Shown here: positions 19,507 to 28,778 of the stretch, piece after piece | Layout: every line of letters starts with the position of its first letter | Numbering within the stretch: position 1 is the first letter of the stretch | Assembly (NCBI GenBank): GCA_964354105.1 | Contig: CAYGXM010000006.1 | Location: 1-50,940, forward strand | Direction: 5' to 3' | DNA length: 50,940 nucleotides | Source: Candidatus Woesearchaeota archaeon | GTDB taxonomy: Archaea; Nanobdellota; Nanobdellia; UBA10117 | Made by a program: the position numbers and the translations under genes | The notes under the pieces: generated by a model | Databases searched by the model: none | What the model was told of the DNA's origin: nothing | Seen by the model: the letters and a program-made list of their open reading frames with translations, nothing else

Positions 19507-19646
19507 ATGTAACCTGCCCAAAATGCGGTTCTGCAGCGCTCGGCGCAACCAAAAGCACAATACCAACATCGCAGTTGTACAAGGTAAATATCAGGGTGAG
19601 ATGCCTGCATTGCGGTGCTGAGTTTGAACTTGTTGAGAGAACCTAG
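19503..19646 (+). CDS. small zinc-ribbon protein (absent from the ORF track)
   Basis: MNVTCPKCGS...RCLHCGAEFELVERT; overlaps the upstream stop and abuts the pth2 start. Confidence 0.65.
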   Translation: MNVTCPKCGSAALGATKSTIPTSQLYKVNIRVRCLHCGAEFELVERT

Positions 19647-19988
19647 ATGTCAAAACAAGTAATAGTTCTGCGGACTGATTTAGAAATAGGTAAAGGCAAG
19701 CTGGCAGCACAGGCAGCACACGCCTCTGTTGAATCTGTATTGAGGTCTGATGCAAAAACTGTCCAGAAGTGGCGGGAATCCGGGGCTAAGAAAGTTGTCC
19801 TTAAAGTTAGCTCTGAAACAGAATTGAAATCCATACAACAAAAGGCCGCAAAGGCAAAATTAATCTCTGTCTTAATTTCAGATGCAGGCCTTACTCAATT
19901 AAAGCCAGGCACTAAAACAGCAGTTGGCATAGGCCCTGATGCTGAAGCTAAAATAGATAAGATTACAGGTAAACTAAAACTTCTCTAA
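19647..19988 (+). CDS. pth2: peptidyl-tRNA hydrolase Pth2
   Basis: KQVIVLRTDL, GKGKLAAQAAHA, DAGLTQ, GIGP, ITGKLKLL. Confidence 0.96.
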   Translation: MSKQVIVLRTDLEIGKGKLAAQAAHASVESVLRSDAKTVQKWRESGAKKVVLKVSSETELKSIQQKAAKAKLISVLISDAGLTQLKPGTKTAVGIGPDAEAKIDKITGKLKLL

Positions 19989-20138
19989 GGGATACAAGCG
20001 AAATGTAATTCCGCTGTACAGCTGAACTATACGTTCAGCTTGTATGCCTAAACATTAGTCAGCCTTCAACTTGCAAGCTAGAAACTTTTTAAGATGCTAA
20101 AGCTTTCAAGGAACATTAACAAAACATAACAGATTCCC
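19989..20138. repeat. intergenic inverted-end element (GGGA...AGATTCCC) containing twin-hairpin copy 3
   Basis: Fills the convergent pth2/dph6 gap; right end ACAGATTCCC identical to that of the 36141 element. Confidence 0.55.
19993..20044 (-). repeat. 52-nt twin-hairpin element, copy 3 (intergenic)
   Basis: Minus strand TACAAGCTGAAC-GTATA-GTTCAGC-TGTACA-GCGGAAT-TAC-ATTTCGCTTGTA. Confidence 0.85.
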
Positions 20139-20139
20139 T

Positions 20140-20826
20140 TTATTTCTTAGCCAACTTTGCTTTTTTGATTAGATAAGTTCCGTGGTCTTCTTTCCAGAAC
20201 TTTTCTGCATCCTGTATTTCAATTCTTTTCTTGAAAAGAGGGCCATTAATTACAAAGGTTTCGAACTCGCCGCCTTCCCCGCCGATATGTATGCCAAATT
20301 TTGCGTGTAAGTTCTTTAAATCATCCATGGCTTGCACATCCAGCTTCCTTCCAAGCCAGGTTTGCCCCATTCCTTCTGTAGAAACTGAGCAGAAAATTGC
20401 TTCAAAACCTTCTCTTAAGAACTCAGACAGGTAAGTATTAGGATCCAAATGCCATAATGGCGCCAAGCTTCTTAATCCAAGGTCTGCGCAAACTGTTTCG
20501 ACCCTGTATCTTTGATATTCTGAAGCAACTGCTCCTGAAACAACGCCTTCAATCTTGTATTTTTTGATTGCCAATTGAAGGGCTGCCTTCAAATCTTTCA
20601 ATTCTTCTTCTTTAATTCCAGTAGTTTTCTTGAAAATTACAGGTATTCCAAGGGCTTTTGAATGCAAGCTCTTGATCAAATCAATATTTGTTGTATGAAA
20701 CATGTAGGAAGAAGGATTATCTGACTTTATTGTAATAAGACACATTATTTCACGGCCTTGCTGCATGGCCCTGTACATGGCAAACAGGCTGTCCTTCCCG
20801 CCGGTATATAGAACTGCAACTTTCAT
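20140..20826 (-). CDS. dph6: diphthine--ammonia ligase (Dph6, PP-loop ATPase)
   Basis: TGGKDS, SYMFH, SEYQR, GEGGEFET. Confidence 0.92.
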   Translation of the reverse strand: MKVAVLYTGGKDSLFAMYRAMQQGREIMCLITIKSDNPSSYMFHTTNIDLIKSLHSKALGIPVIFKKTTGIKEEELKDLKAALQLAIKKYKIEGVVSGAVASEYQRYRVETVCADLGLRSLAPLWHLDPNTYLSEFLREGFEAIFCSVSTEGMGQTWLGRKLDVQAMDDLKNLHAKFGIHIGGEGGEFETFVINGPLFKKRIEIQDAEKFWKEDHGTYLIKKAKLAKK

Positions 20827-20869
20827 GTAATCTGTTTAGTAGAGTAGATATTTAAGATTTACTCTAAAA

Positions 20870-20940
20870 TGCGTCGACTGGGATTCGAACCCAGATTTGT
20901 GACTTGGAAGGCCACAGTCCTACCATTAGACTATCGACGC
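20870..20940 (-). tRNA. tRNA-Gly(TCC), intronless
   Basis: GCGTCGA acceptor, anticodon loop CTTCCAA, GGTTCGAATCC. Confidence 0.96.
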
Positions 20941-20983
20941 ATTTAATTACAAACATTATAGTGTTTTTAAGTATTTTCAAAAG

Positions 20984-21099
20984 CGCCCGAGGGAAGATTT
21001 GAACTCCCGACCCTCGCATTACTGATGTAATCAGTCCCGCAAAACATCCCTGTTTTGCGATAGGAGTGCGATGCTCTATCCAAGCTGAGCTACCCGGGC
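20984..21099 (-). tRNA. tRNA-Arg(CCT) with 41-nt intron at 37/38 (21020..21060)
   Basis: GCCCGGG acceptor, GCTC/GAGC D-stem, TCGCA/TGCGA anticodon stem, CTCCTA|A loop, TTCAAAT T-loop. Confidence 0.92.
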
Positions 21100-21137
21100 A
21101 TGATTAAAAGATAAAAATTTGATTTAAAAGAGCTTTC

Positions 21138-22754
21138 TTAACTAGAAAAACTGATTTCTTTCCTATTTATGAGGGCATCTGCTATTAATTTGCCCAGCTT
21201 TGATTTCTTATGTATCTTTACTTCTCCAGACCTCGGCACAGATAATTTGGTTATTGGCTGGCCACTTATCTGCAAAGTGGCTGCATGAACTCTTGAAGGC
21301 AGATAAAAGCTGATGAATTTCTTTGCTTCCCTTACTTTGAAGTTTATTGCACTTCCATGCATGGCTGTGATTGCAGTTGATGCTAATTTACTTTTCTTCT
21401 TGATTGGAACAACAACAGTCTGCTCGCCGTAAGTGTAAAGCTCAAATTCTAATTCTCCTGTTTCAAAATCTTTTACCTCAACAACGGGCCTTGCTAAATC
21501 AGCTTCCGTCATTCCTGTTGGCACTTTAACTCTCATTGTTAGTTCTAAGACTCTAGCGACAGCACCGTTTTCAATGAAAATTATTGTATCAATGATAGAC
21601 GGCATCATTCCCAGCTCAACACGGCCTATAAATCTCTGCACAGCATCAATTGGCTGTGTTGAATGTACAACACCAACCAGACCTATTCCAGCAAGACGCA
21701 GATCTGCATAAAGCCTGAAATCTTCTGTAACTCTCATTTCATCAAAGATTGTATAGTCCGGCCTTGTCAATAACATTACATTATGTATGTCGTCCCTGCT
21801 GCCGAGATTTTTCGAGTATTGAACAACTTCATCAGGAACCTGCAAATCCCTTGGACTTTCTATTGTCTTGACAATTTTTCCCGATTTAAGGTAAGATTTT
21901 GCGAGGGCAGAAGCAAAAGTAGTTTTTCCAGAGCCCGGAGATCCCGATATTAGGATTCCTGCAGCCCCTAAAGATATTCTATCTACAAGTTTCTGTGTTA
22001 ACTTATAATCTTCCAATTCTAAGCTTACAAGCGGCCTTACTGCAGTTAATTCCCAGCCGTCTGCAAATGGCGGTTTTGTTATAACAATCCTGTAATTCTG
22101 GAACTGCACAATTGTAACTCCTGCATTGCTTAGTTCAATGAAAGCATTTTGTGAAATCTTTGTTTTCTCAATTATGTCTGACGTCAGCAATCGGATGGCG
22201 TGCCCGTCCATCTTTTCTTTTGCAACCTGCATGAAACTCCAAGCACCTGGCTTTCCTTTTTTCGCCAATGGAATTGTATTTTCCTTGAAATGTACTGACA
22301 TTGTTTCAGAATCAAAATATTTTTCTATTTCCAGCTTGCCGACAGTCTTAGTTGGCAAGGGTGTGAGAAGCATTGTTGGAATTCCCAGCGCCTCTGCAAC
22401 AAGCGCCTGGACTCTGTCTGCTGTAATCAAAGTACCTTTCTTTTGCACAGCAACTTCTCGTATAATATCATCCATAGCGCCTTGCCTTGCGCCTTTTATG
22501 TAAGCCTCGACTGGCTTCTGGCCAGCATATTCCAAAAGAATCTTCTTTTCTTCAGCTAATTTTCTCAATTCTTTAATTTCCTCTAATCCAAGAAAACCTT
22601 CTGTCTGGTTTGTATTTGCCTGATGCTCTAGCTCTGCCAAAACTGCGAGAGGTATGACTATCTTTCCCTTTATTTTCTCTTTTTTTACTAGTTCTGATAT
22701 CTGTCTTTCAATCAAGACAGACGTATCTACTACGTATGTTTCTGTTTCTTTCAT
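21138..22754 (-). CDS. PINc/VapC-domain ATPase (PINA family)
   Basis: VVDTS PIN domain; GSPGSGKTT; KTIESPRDL; FDEMR; GVVH; EADLARPV. Confidence 0.92.
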   Translation of the reverse strand: MKETETYVVDTSVLIERQISELVKKEKIKGKIVIPLAVLAELEHQANTNQTEGFLGLEEIKELRKLAEEKKILLEYAGQKPVEAYIKGARQGAMDDIIREVAVQKKGTLITADRVQALVAEALGIPTMLLTPLPTKTVGKLEIEKYFDSETMSVHFKENTIPLAKKGKPGAWSFMQVAKEKMDGHAIRLLTSDIIEKTKISQNAFIELSNAGVTIVQFQNYRIVITKPPFADGWELTAVRPLVSLELEDYKLTQKLVDRISLGAAGILISGSPGSGKTTFASALAKSYLKSGKIVKTIESPRDLQVPDEVVQYSKNLGSRDDIHNVMLLTRPDYTIFDEMRVTEDFRLYADLRLAGIGLVGVVHSTQPIDAVQRFIGRVELGMMPSIIDTIIFIENGAVARVLELTMRVKVPTGMTEADLARPVVEVKDFETGELEFELYTYGEQTVVVPIKKKSKLASTAITAMHGSAINFKVREAKKFISFYLPSRVHAATLQISGQPITKLSVPRSGEVKIHKKSKLGKLIADALINRKEISFSS

Positions 22755-22840
22755 TTTTTGCTCCTTTGTTTATTGTTTTTAGAGCTGATACAAATTAGCG
22801 AAAAAACTCGTCTTCGCCTACTCGATTTGCTCTACAGTCG

Positions 22841-23179
22841 TCAAGCTGACCCGCGGGCCCTCTTAACCAGATTGAAGAAAGATTTTGTGGCTTTATAAGC
22901 GTTTTCAGCCTCTTCTCTCAGAACTGCAGGCTTTACCGCTACATTAAGCAAATACATGTACTGGGAAGCAAATTCCTTTGATTCAGGGTCGTCCGCCAGC
23001 TTGCTGCAGGCTATCTGCGGGCTGATTTTGGCATTTTCATCCATGTTAAGGTGTATTGTTACAAGCATATTGGCTGCCTGCAGGATATGTCTCATTGCTG
23101 CAGCTGGAAACGGCGGATCTCTATTTAGCAGATAGTCTGCCAGATTCAACTTTTGTTCAACATCTTTTAGGTCTAACAT
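22841..23179 (-). CDS. hypothetical helical protein
   Basis: 112-aa ORF overlapping the upstream gene; LNLADYLL resembles IELADHML of its neighbour. Confidence 0.6.
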   Translation of the reverse strand: MLDLKDVEQKLNLADYLLNRDPPFPAAAMRHILQAANMLVTIHLNMDENAKISPQIACSKLADDPESKEFASQYMYLLNVAVKPAVLREEAENAYKATKSFFNLVKRARGSA

Positions 23180-23669
23180 CTTGCTTGCTTATTGCGTCTG
23201 CAATTTCCTGCACAAATTTCTTTGTTAAATTGGAATATCTCTTTACAGTATCTAAATCGATTGCAGACATGCTATATTCTGCAGTACTCAGGATGTATTT
23301 ATCACCCCTTTTGAAACGCACAACAGATTCAGCATCATATTTCTGCACTTCCATTAGTTTCTGCAGTAATTTGTAGTATTTCCAATCTAGATTATATCTT
23401 GGAGCGACCTTTTTCTGGTAAATCTCGACTTCCGAAAGGAATGTCCTGTTGAACTGTTCCAGCCTCTTGTACAAAAGCTCGAATTCCAGAAGCGCCTGCA
23501 CAGAACATCTTGCAGCGCTTATAACATGATTTGCAATTGCCAGCAGGAATTTAGTCTCCTGAACTAAAGGATAAGTAACATAGAGCATATGGTCTGCAAG
23601 CTCAATCTGCTTCCTTGCAGTCTGCAGAAGCTCCTGATACCTCTCCCCCACTATCACCGCACAATGCAC
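23157..23669 (-). CDS. hypothetical protein
   Basis: ARKQIELADHMLYVTYPLV...; start uncertain. Confidence 0.7.
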   Translation of the reverse strand: MHCAVIVGERYQELLQTARKQIELADHMLYVTYPLVQETKFLLAIANHVISAARCSVQALLEFELLYKRLEQFNRTFLSEVEIYQKKVAPRYNLDWKYYKLLQKLMEVQKYDAESVVRFKRGDKYILSTAEYSMSAIDLDTVKRYSNLTKKFVQEIADAISKQDVRPKRC

Positions 23670-23899
23670 CCCATTACATTAGGAATGCGAAAGAATAAAG
23701 ACTTTTTGTATAACCTTATCGACTGACGAAGGGGAAGTTCTCATCACTTCAAAAAGCCCATAAACGAAAATAGCTTAAAAACTCATCAGTATGCTTTTAA
23801 ACAAAATTAAGAGATAACAAAAATTGCTAGCAATTTTTGGGATGGAAAAATCGGGCTAAAGCCAAGAGTTTTAAATACCGATTTTTTCATAACCTTTAT

Positions 23900-23982
23900 G
23901 CCTCCGTAGCTCAGTGGTAGAGCGTCCGTTTCGTAAGGTTCGAAAAAACGGGAGGTCGCCAGTTCAAATCTGGTCGGGGGCA
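23900..23982 (+). tRNA. tRNA-Thr(CGT) with 11-nt intron at 37/38 (23936..23946)
   Basis: GCCTCCG/CGGGGGC acceptor; TTCG/CGAA central helix with bulges TA|A and AA|A. Confidence 0.93.
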
Positions 23983-23987
23983 CTCAA

Positions 23988-24428
23988 ATGAAAATACGAA
24001 AATATTCTCTAAAAGACATGCCTGCATGCATGGCAATTTTCAATAGCAATTGCCCTAAATATTTTGCACTGCATGAGCTAAAATCTTTTGAAAATTGGCT
24101 AACTAATGCCCAAAATTATTACGTAATTGAAGAAAATAATCAGATTATTGGTTGTGGTGGCTATGATGTTAATGACAAAGAAAATAAAGTAGCGCTTTCT
24201 TGGGGCATGATACATAAGGATTTCCACAAAAAAGGCTTCGGCAGAAAGTCGATAGAATACAGATTAGAGTTAATTAAAAAATTGAAAAAAGACTTTACTA
24301 TCGTGTTGGACACGTCTCAACACACTCATAAATTTTATGAAAAATTAGGATTTAAAGTGGATAAAATTACTAAAAACCATTATGGAAAAGGTTTAGATAG
24401 ATACGATATGTCTATGCAGCTAACATGA
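23988..24428 (+). CDS. GNAT family N-acetyltransferase
   Basis: HKKGFGR acetyl-CoA motif, FYEKLGF. Confidence 0.9.
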   Translation: MKIRKYSLKDMPACMAIFNSNCPKYFALHELKSFENWLTNAQNYYVIEENNQIIGCGGYDVNDKENKVALSWGMIHKDFHKKGFGRKSIEYRLELIKKLKKDFTIVLDTSQHTHKFYEKLGFKVDKITKNHYGKGLDRYDMSMQLT

Positions 24429-24877
24429 AAATCCGTAAAGCAACAATAAATGATTCCGCTGAATTGTATCGGCTCGGCAAAAATACGCCAGAATTGAGGG
24501 TTAGTGCCACAGAACCTTTTATGGATAAAGATGAATTTAATGCGTTCATAACAGACGAAAACTGCATTTTCTTAGCAGCAGAAGAGAAGAAGTCCATTAT
24601 AGGATTCATAATAGGTCATACAGAATGGGTAAATATGATAGTTAAAAATCTCAAAAATAAATACGGTTATTTGATCTTTCTGGTTGTTGCCCCAGAATTT
24701 CGTAAAAGAGGTGTAGCTACTAAACTATATTCTGCGTGTATTGCAAAGCTAAAGGAAAAGGGAGCAACTCACATTTACAGTTGGGCAAACGCAAATGGCG
24801 AGGATGTTATAAACTTCATGAAAAAGCAGGGTTTTACAGAAGGCCATAAATATATTTGGATGGATAAAAAATTATGA
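24425..24877 (+). CDS. GNAT family N-acetyltransferase
   Basis: VAPEFRKRGVATKL, FMKKQGF. Confidence 0.9.
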   Translation: MKIRKATINDSAELYRLGKNTPELRVSATEPFMDKDEFNAFITDENCIFLAAEEKKSIIGFIIGHTEWVNMIVKNLKNKYGYLIFLVVAPEFRKRGVATKLYSACIAKLKEKGATHIYSWANANGEDVINFMKKQGFTEGHKYIWMDKKL

Positions 24878-24889
24878 AAAAATTAAATA

Positions 24890-25213
24890 TTACACTTCTT
24901 TTTTCTCGTCTCTAACTATCTTGTTACATTGCATAACCAGAGCATTGACAATGCGCCTGGAACCTTCAATCAATTCCAAGGCATTTGCCTTCATCTGACT
25001 TGGCATGCTAGTTCGGACAAGCGTACCCAAAACTGCTCGAAGGGCTACTAAGTCATCCTGTAGCAGAACAACATCGCGAACTAATCTGTTTGCATCGCTA
25101 TTAAGCACATGCTCTGTTTCTATATGTTGATTCACTATGTTTAAAGCGGCTTGAAAATTATTTTTCTTTATTGCACTTTCAGCATCATTTAATGTTTTTT
25201 TAAACATTCCCAT
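24890..25213 (-). CDS. hypothetical helical protein
   Basis: 107-aa ORF, ATG start. Confidence 0.6.
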   Translation of the reverse strand: MGMFKKTLNDAESAIKKNNFQAALNIVNQHIETEHVLNSDANRLVRDVVLLQDDLVALRAVLGTLVRTSMPSQMKANALELIEGSRRIVNALVMQCNKIVRDEKKEV

Positions 25214-25318
25214 TTTACTTCATTAATTTATACAAAGAGAACAATATAATACTTTCGCTGCCTTTACGACTATTGTACAAAACATATATTAATGATAGAA
25301 TATTGAAGTTGTATCAGC

Positions 25319-26086
25319 ATGAAATCCTTTGATGTACACTGCCATCTATATGATAAAAGCTTTGACAAAGATAGAGATATTGTTATTTCTAGAGCTAAGA
25401 AAGTGCTCTCGGGAGTAATTGTTGCAGGCGAAAACCCAGAAATTAACAAAAAGATACTGAAATTAGAGAAAAAATATCCTAAATTCTGGCATTCTGCTCT
25501 TGGCTTTCACCCTTCAGAGATTCACAAATTCACAGATGAAGAAATTGAAGAAGAAATAGAATGGATAAAAAAGCAAAAACCAATTGCAATTTCTGAAATT
25601 GGCTTGGATTTTAAAACAATTAAGATAGAAAATTTAGATGAGTTTGCAAAGATGCGTCAAATAGAATGGTTTGAACGCTTTTTGAAATTGGCTGATGAAT
25701 TAAATATTCCTGCAATCGTACATAGCAGATGGGCCACCAAGCCTGTTATTGAGATTTTGGAGGATTTGAGGCCGAAAAAAGCGGTTTTACATTCATTTTC
25801 AGGAACAGTGGAAGAAGCAAAGCGGGCCTTGAAACTAGGTTATAAATTTCCAATTGAAAATACAGTCGCTTATGCAGAGCAAAAACGTGAATTAGTAAAG
25901 GAATTGCCTATAGAATCAATGATGCTGGAAACAGATTCCCCTGTTCTGCCTCCAAAGCCAGGAGAAAGGAATGAGCCTTCAAATATTACTTTAGTTGTAA
26001 AAGAAATATCCAGGATAAAGAAAATCCCTGAAAATAAAGTTATAGAAATTACAAACAAGAACGTGAAAGAATTATTTGGACTCTAA
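25319..26086 (+). CDS. tatD: TatD family hydrolase
   Basis: DVHCH, GFHP, EIGLDF, VHSR, LHSF, LETDSP. Confidence 0.94.
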   Translation: MKSFDVHCHLYDKSFDKDRDIVISRAKKVLSGVIVAGENPEINKKILKLEKKYPKFWHSALGFHPSEIHKFTDEEIEEEIEWIKKQKPIAISEIGLDFKTIKIENLDEFAKMRQIEWFERFLKLADELNIPAIVHSRWATKPVIEILEDLRPKKAVLHSFSGTVEEAKRALKLGYKFPIENTVAYAEQKRELVKELPIESMMLETDSPVLPPKPGERNEPSNITLVVKEISRIKKIPENKVIEITNKNVKELFGL

Positions 26087-26161
26087 GGTGAATCTCTATT
26101 GTTCTGTAAAACTCAACACTTAGCTTCTCAGGAAAATTTAACTGAACTTAAGAGATAACCC
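26087..26161. repeat. short inverted-end intergenic element filling a convergent gap
   Basis: TAA|GGTGAATCTCT...AGAGATAACCC|TTA; interior shares GTTCTGTAAA and CAGGAAAA with 31435-31510. Confidence 0.7.
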
Positions 26162-27022
26162 TTAGCCTATGTACGGTGTTGGCTGTTCTTTTTCTTTCTT
26201 TAACATTGCTGCATCTTTTGTTTGCCCTATCAATTCCCTTAGTTTTTCTTCAAATCCTGCAGCTCTTTTCAGCAAAGGCTTGTAGTCAATCTTTAATCCC
26301 AGGTACTGGTCAAGAACTTGGATTAATTTTGCAGCTGCCCTGCTGTCCGGCAAGTCAGAATGTGTCTCCACAAATAATGCAATTACCTTAACATCTTTCG
26401 GCAGTTTAACCATTAATGCGCCTGATACGCCAAAAATAACGCCTTCTGCAATTTCTTTCAGGCCGATTTTTTCAAGGATTGCCTTTTTGTCGGGCTGGTT
26501 TGTGAAATAATAGACTTGCGGAACTTTCCGTTCTACTGGGCCGCTTATGCCTTCTATGCTTATGATTTCCTTGGCATTTGTTTTCTTGTACAATGAGATA
26601 ATTGCTTCGGCCAGCTCCCATTCCAGGCCCCCGACTCCTGAAACTGCTTCCGTAACAATCAGATTATGCTTGTCATTGTGAAAAATCTCAATTGGCTGTA
26701 CAATTCTCTTATTATGAATTAATGCCATTGGGGTAAATCTGGGGGACCAAACCCTTCCGATTGGGTGCATCTTCAAATGATCCAGCAGGTATTCCGTTGC
26801 AATTGTCGCTACAAATCCTAAGCCTGGAAACCCTTCGATTATTATTGGACTCTTTGGTCTTAATTTTAGCTGTAATTCCAGCTTTTTAGCCCCATAAGAT
26901 AAACTCCTCAGGCTGGGAGCAATTTCGTGATTAAGCGGGCTTGAAATCGAAGAAGCTCTGGGTTTTTGCATAATTGTTTTTTTAGTTATCCCGCCCAAGT
27001 CAGGCAAGAATGGTGTGGCCAT
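26162..27022 (-). CDS. proteasome assembly chaperone (PAC2 family) with N-terminal extension
   Basis: IEGFPGLGFVATIA, IISIEG, PDSRAAA. Confidence 0.88.
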   Translation of the reverse strand: MATPFLPDLGGITKKTIMQKPRASSISSPLNHEIAPSLRSLSYGAKKLELQLKLRPKSPIIIEGFPGLGFVATIATEYLLDHLKMHPIGRVWSPRFTPMALIHNKRIVQPIEIFHNDKHNLIVTEAVSGVGGLEWELAEAIISLYKKTNAKEIISIEGISGPVERKVPQVYYFTNQPDKKAILEKIGLKEIAEGVIFGVSGALMVKLPKDVKVIALFVETHSDLPDSRAAAKLIQVLDQYLGLKIDYKPLLKRAAGFEEKLRELIGQTKDAAMLKKEKEQPTPYIG

Positions 27023-27068
27023 ATTCCTAGATTTATTGCATAGTATTTATATCTTATGTTCTGCGATT

Positions 27069-28016
27069 TTAGATTTGCTTTGCATCAATACCTATTCGGG
27101 TTCTCAAAACATAATAACCTTCTTTTTCCAGTGCTTTTGCAACTTTTTCCTGGACATTCTTTCCAGGAGTTAATGCAACCATATACCCGCCAAGGCCGCC
27201 GCCCGTAAGCTTTGCGCCAATTGCGCCGTTCTTTCTTGCAAGCTCAACCATAGAATCTAATTCAGGACAAGACACGCCTATTTCCTGCAAAAGCTTATGA
27301 TTTTCATTCATCAATGCACCAACCTCTTCGATTTTATTACTCTCCAAAGCTTTCCTGGCCTTCACTGCAAGCTCTTCAGCAGACTTGAACAACTTTGCAA
27401 ATTTTGCAGGATTATCCGCTCTCCTCCTGTTCACGCCTTCAACCGCTGCTTTTGTGTCTGTAACGAGGCCTGAATTGCCCATCACGATTTCAACCGGCGC
27501 TTTCATCTTTATTTTTTCCATTACAGTTTCATGCACATCGCGCTTATACCAGATCAGGCCGCCAAAAGTTGCAACAGTATTATCAATTCCTGAAGGCGTT
27601 CCGTGATAACCTTTTTCGCCTTCAAATGCTACCTCATTAATTCGCTCATCCGTCAAATTCAGCTTAAATTTGTCATTAAGCGCGCGGGCGATTGCAACGC
27701 AGGAAGCTGCGCTGGCCCCCACGCCGCTCGCTGCGACAAGGCTTCCTCCAAGAGTAATTCTTACATTATTTTTATCTGCTAAACCCATCGCCCTGAAAAT
27801 ATTATCAATGGAATCCGCTTGCTGGTCCTTTTTGTCTTCCTTGTAGCCTGGTGTTGCCCTTCTCTCATCACAAAGTTCCCACGTATTTTTTAGTTTAGCA
27901 GCTTCAACAACTGCTGTAGTTTCCATTTCTATGGCAGATGCTATTGACGGTATGCCATGAACTACAAAATGCTCATTAAACAGGATGACTTTGCCGAAAC
28001 CGCTTCCTTTTCCCAT
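27069..28016 (-). CDS. mvk: mevalonate kinase
   Basis: GKVILFNEHFVVHG, ASGVGASAA, HGTPSGIDN, GAKLTGGGLGG. Confidence 0.93.
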   Translation of the reverse strand: MGKGSGFGKVILFNEHFVVHGIPSIASAIEMETTAVVEAAKLKNTWELCDERRATPGYKEDKKDQQADSIDNIFRAMGLADKNNVRITLGGSLVAASGVGASAASCVAIARALNDKFKLNLTDERINEVAFEGEKGYHGTPSGIDNTVATFGGLIWYKRDVHETVMEKIKMKAPVEIVMGNSGLVTDTKAAVEGVNRRRADNPAKFAKLFKSAEELAVKARKALESNKIEEVGALMNENHKLLQEIGVSCPELDSMVELARKNGAIGAKLTGGGLGGYMVALTPGKNVQEKVAKALEKEGYYVLRTRIGIDAKQI

Positions 28017-28101
28017 AATTGAAAATCAATAAAGGGCTATATTAGGATTGTGCCTTTGGCCATGCAGTAAAGCTTAAAAATCAAATTACCGCAACATTAA
28101 A

Positions 28102-28219
28102 TGCTAGCGGTCAAAGTACAAGGGCAAAACCCGTTCCCATTCCGAACACGGAAGTTAATCCTTGTAACGTTTGGTTGTGTACTAACCCTCGGGTTGGGAA
28201 ATTCCGAAAACTGCTGGCA
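28102..28219 (+). rRNA. rrf: 5S rRNA (stand-alone)
   Basis: Terminal helix TGCTAGCGG/CTGCTGGCA; conserved CCCGTTCCCATTCCGAACACGGAAGTTAA; ~118 nt. Confidence 0.92.
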
Positions 28220-28263
28220 CTAATATTCTCAAACCTTTTAAAACTTCTTTTGCCATAACAGCT

Positions 28264-28725
28264 ATGAAACGACAAGCAATAAAAGCTGGTCTAAAAGAGT
28301 TTCTAAAAAAGACTCATAATAAAGGTCTTGAGCATTATCTTAAAAGCCAAGAAAATCCGGCCATACCGATACAAAAAACAAATTACGAAACTGCCGAAGT
28401 TATGGAATTAAATGATGCTAACAAAGTGGTTTTGTTTTTTAGAAATGAATATCCGGAAAGCAAATTAAATCCAACCCATATCTATCATCTGATACGGCTT
28501 GGCGGTACCAAAGAATCTGCTAAAAGAATTGGCGCAATTCATTTTATTTTAAATACGGCGTATCCAACGTGGCTTACTAACCCCAATGCGACATTTAACT
28601 ATAAAGCAATACTAGAAGAAGTATATGATAATATTTTCAACAATTTCAAGAAAGAAGAGCTTTATGACGATAAAACAATAACTAAGACGCTAAATAACTT
28701 ATTAGCATGGGAAGGTCATCGATAA
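28264..28725 (+). CDS. hypothetical protein
   Basis: 153-aa ORF. Confidence 0.6.
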   Translation: MKRQAIKAGLKEFLKKTHNKGLEHYLKSQENPAIPIQKTNYETAEVMELNDANKVVLFFRNEYPESKLNPTHIYHLIRLGGTKESAKRIGAIHFILNTAYPTWLTNPNATFNYKAILEEVYDNIFNNFKKEELYDDKTITKTLNNLLAWEGHR

Positions 28726-28778
28726 GCGGCCTTTTGTCTGCGACCTGCTGGCGCTTCTAATTAAAATTAAATCCTATT

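Noticed and set aside
23820-23888. Palindromes upstream of tRNA-Thr (AAAATTGCTAGCAATTTT; GAAAAATCGG/CCGATTTTTTC) as an att site or element end
   Set aside because: No duplicated tRNA 3' end or integrase was seen in the window.
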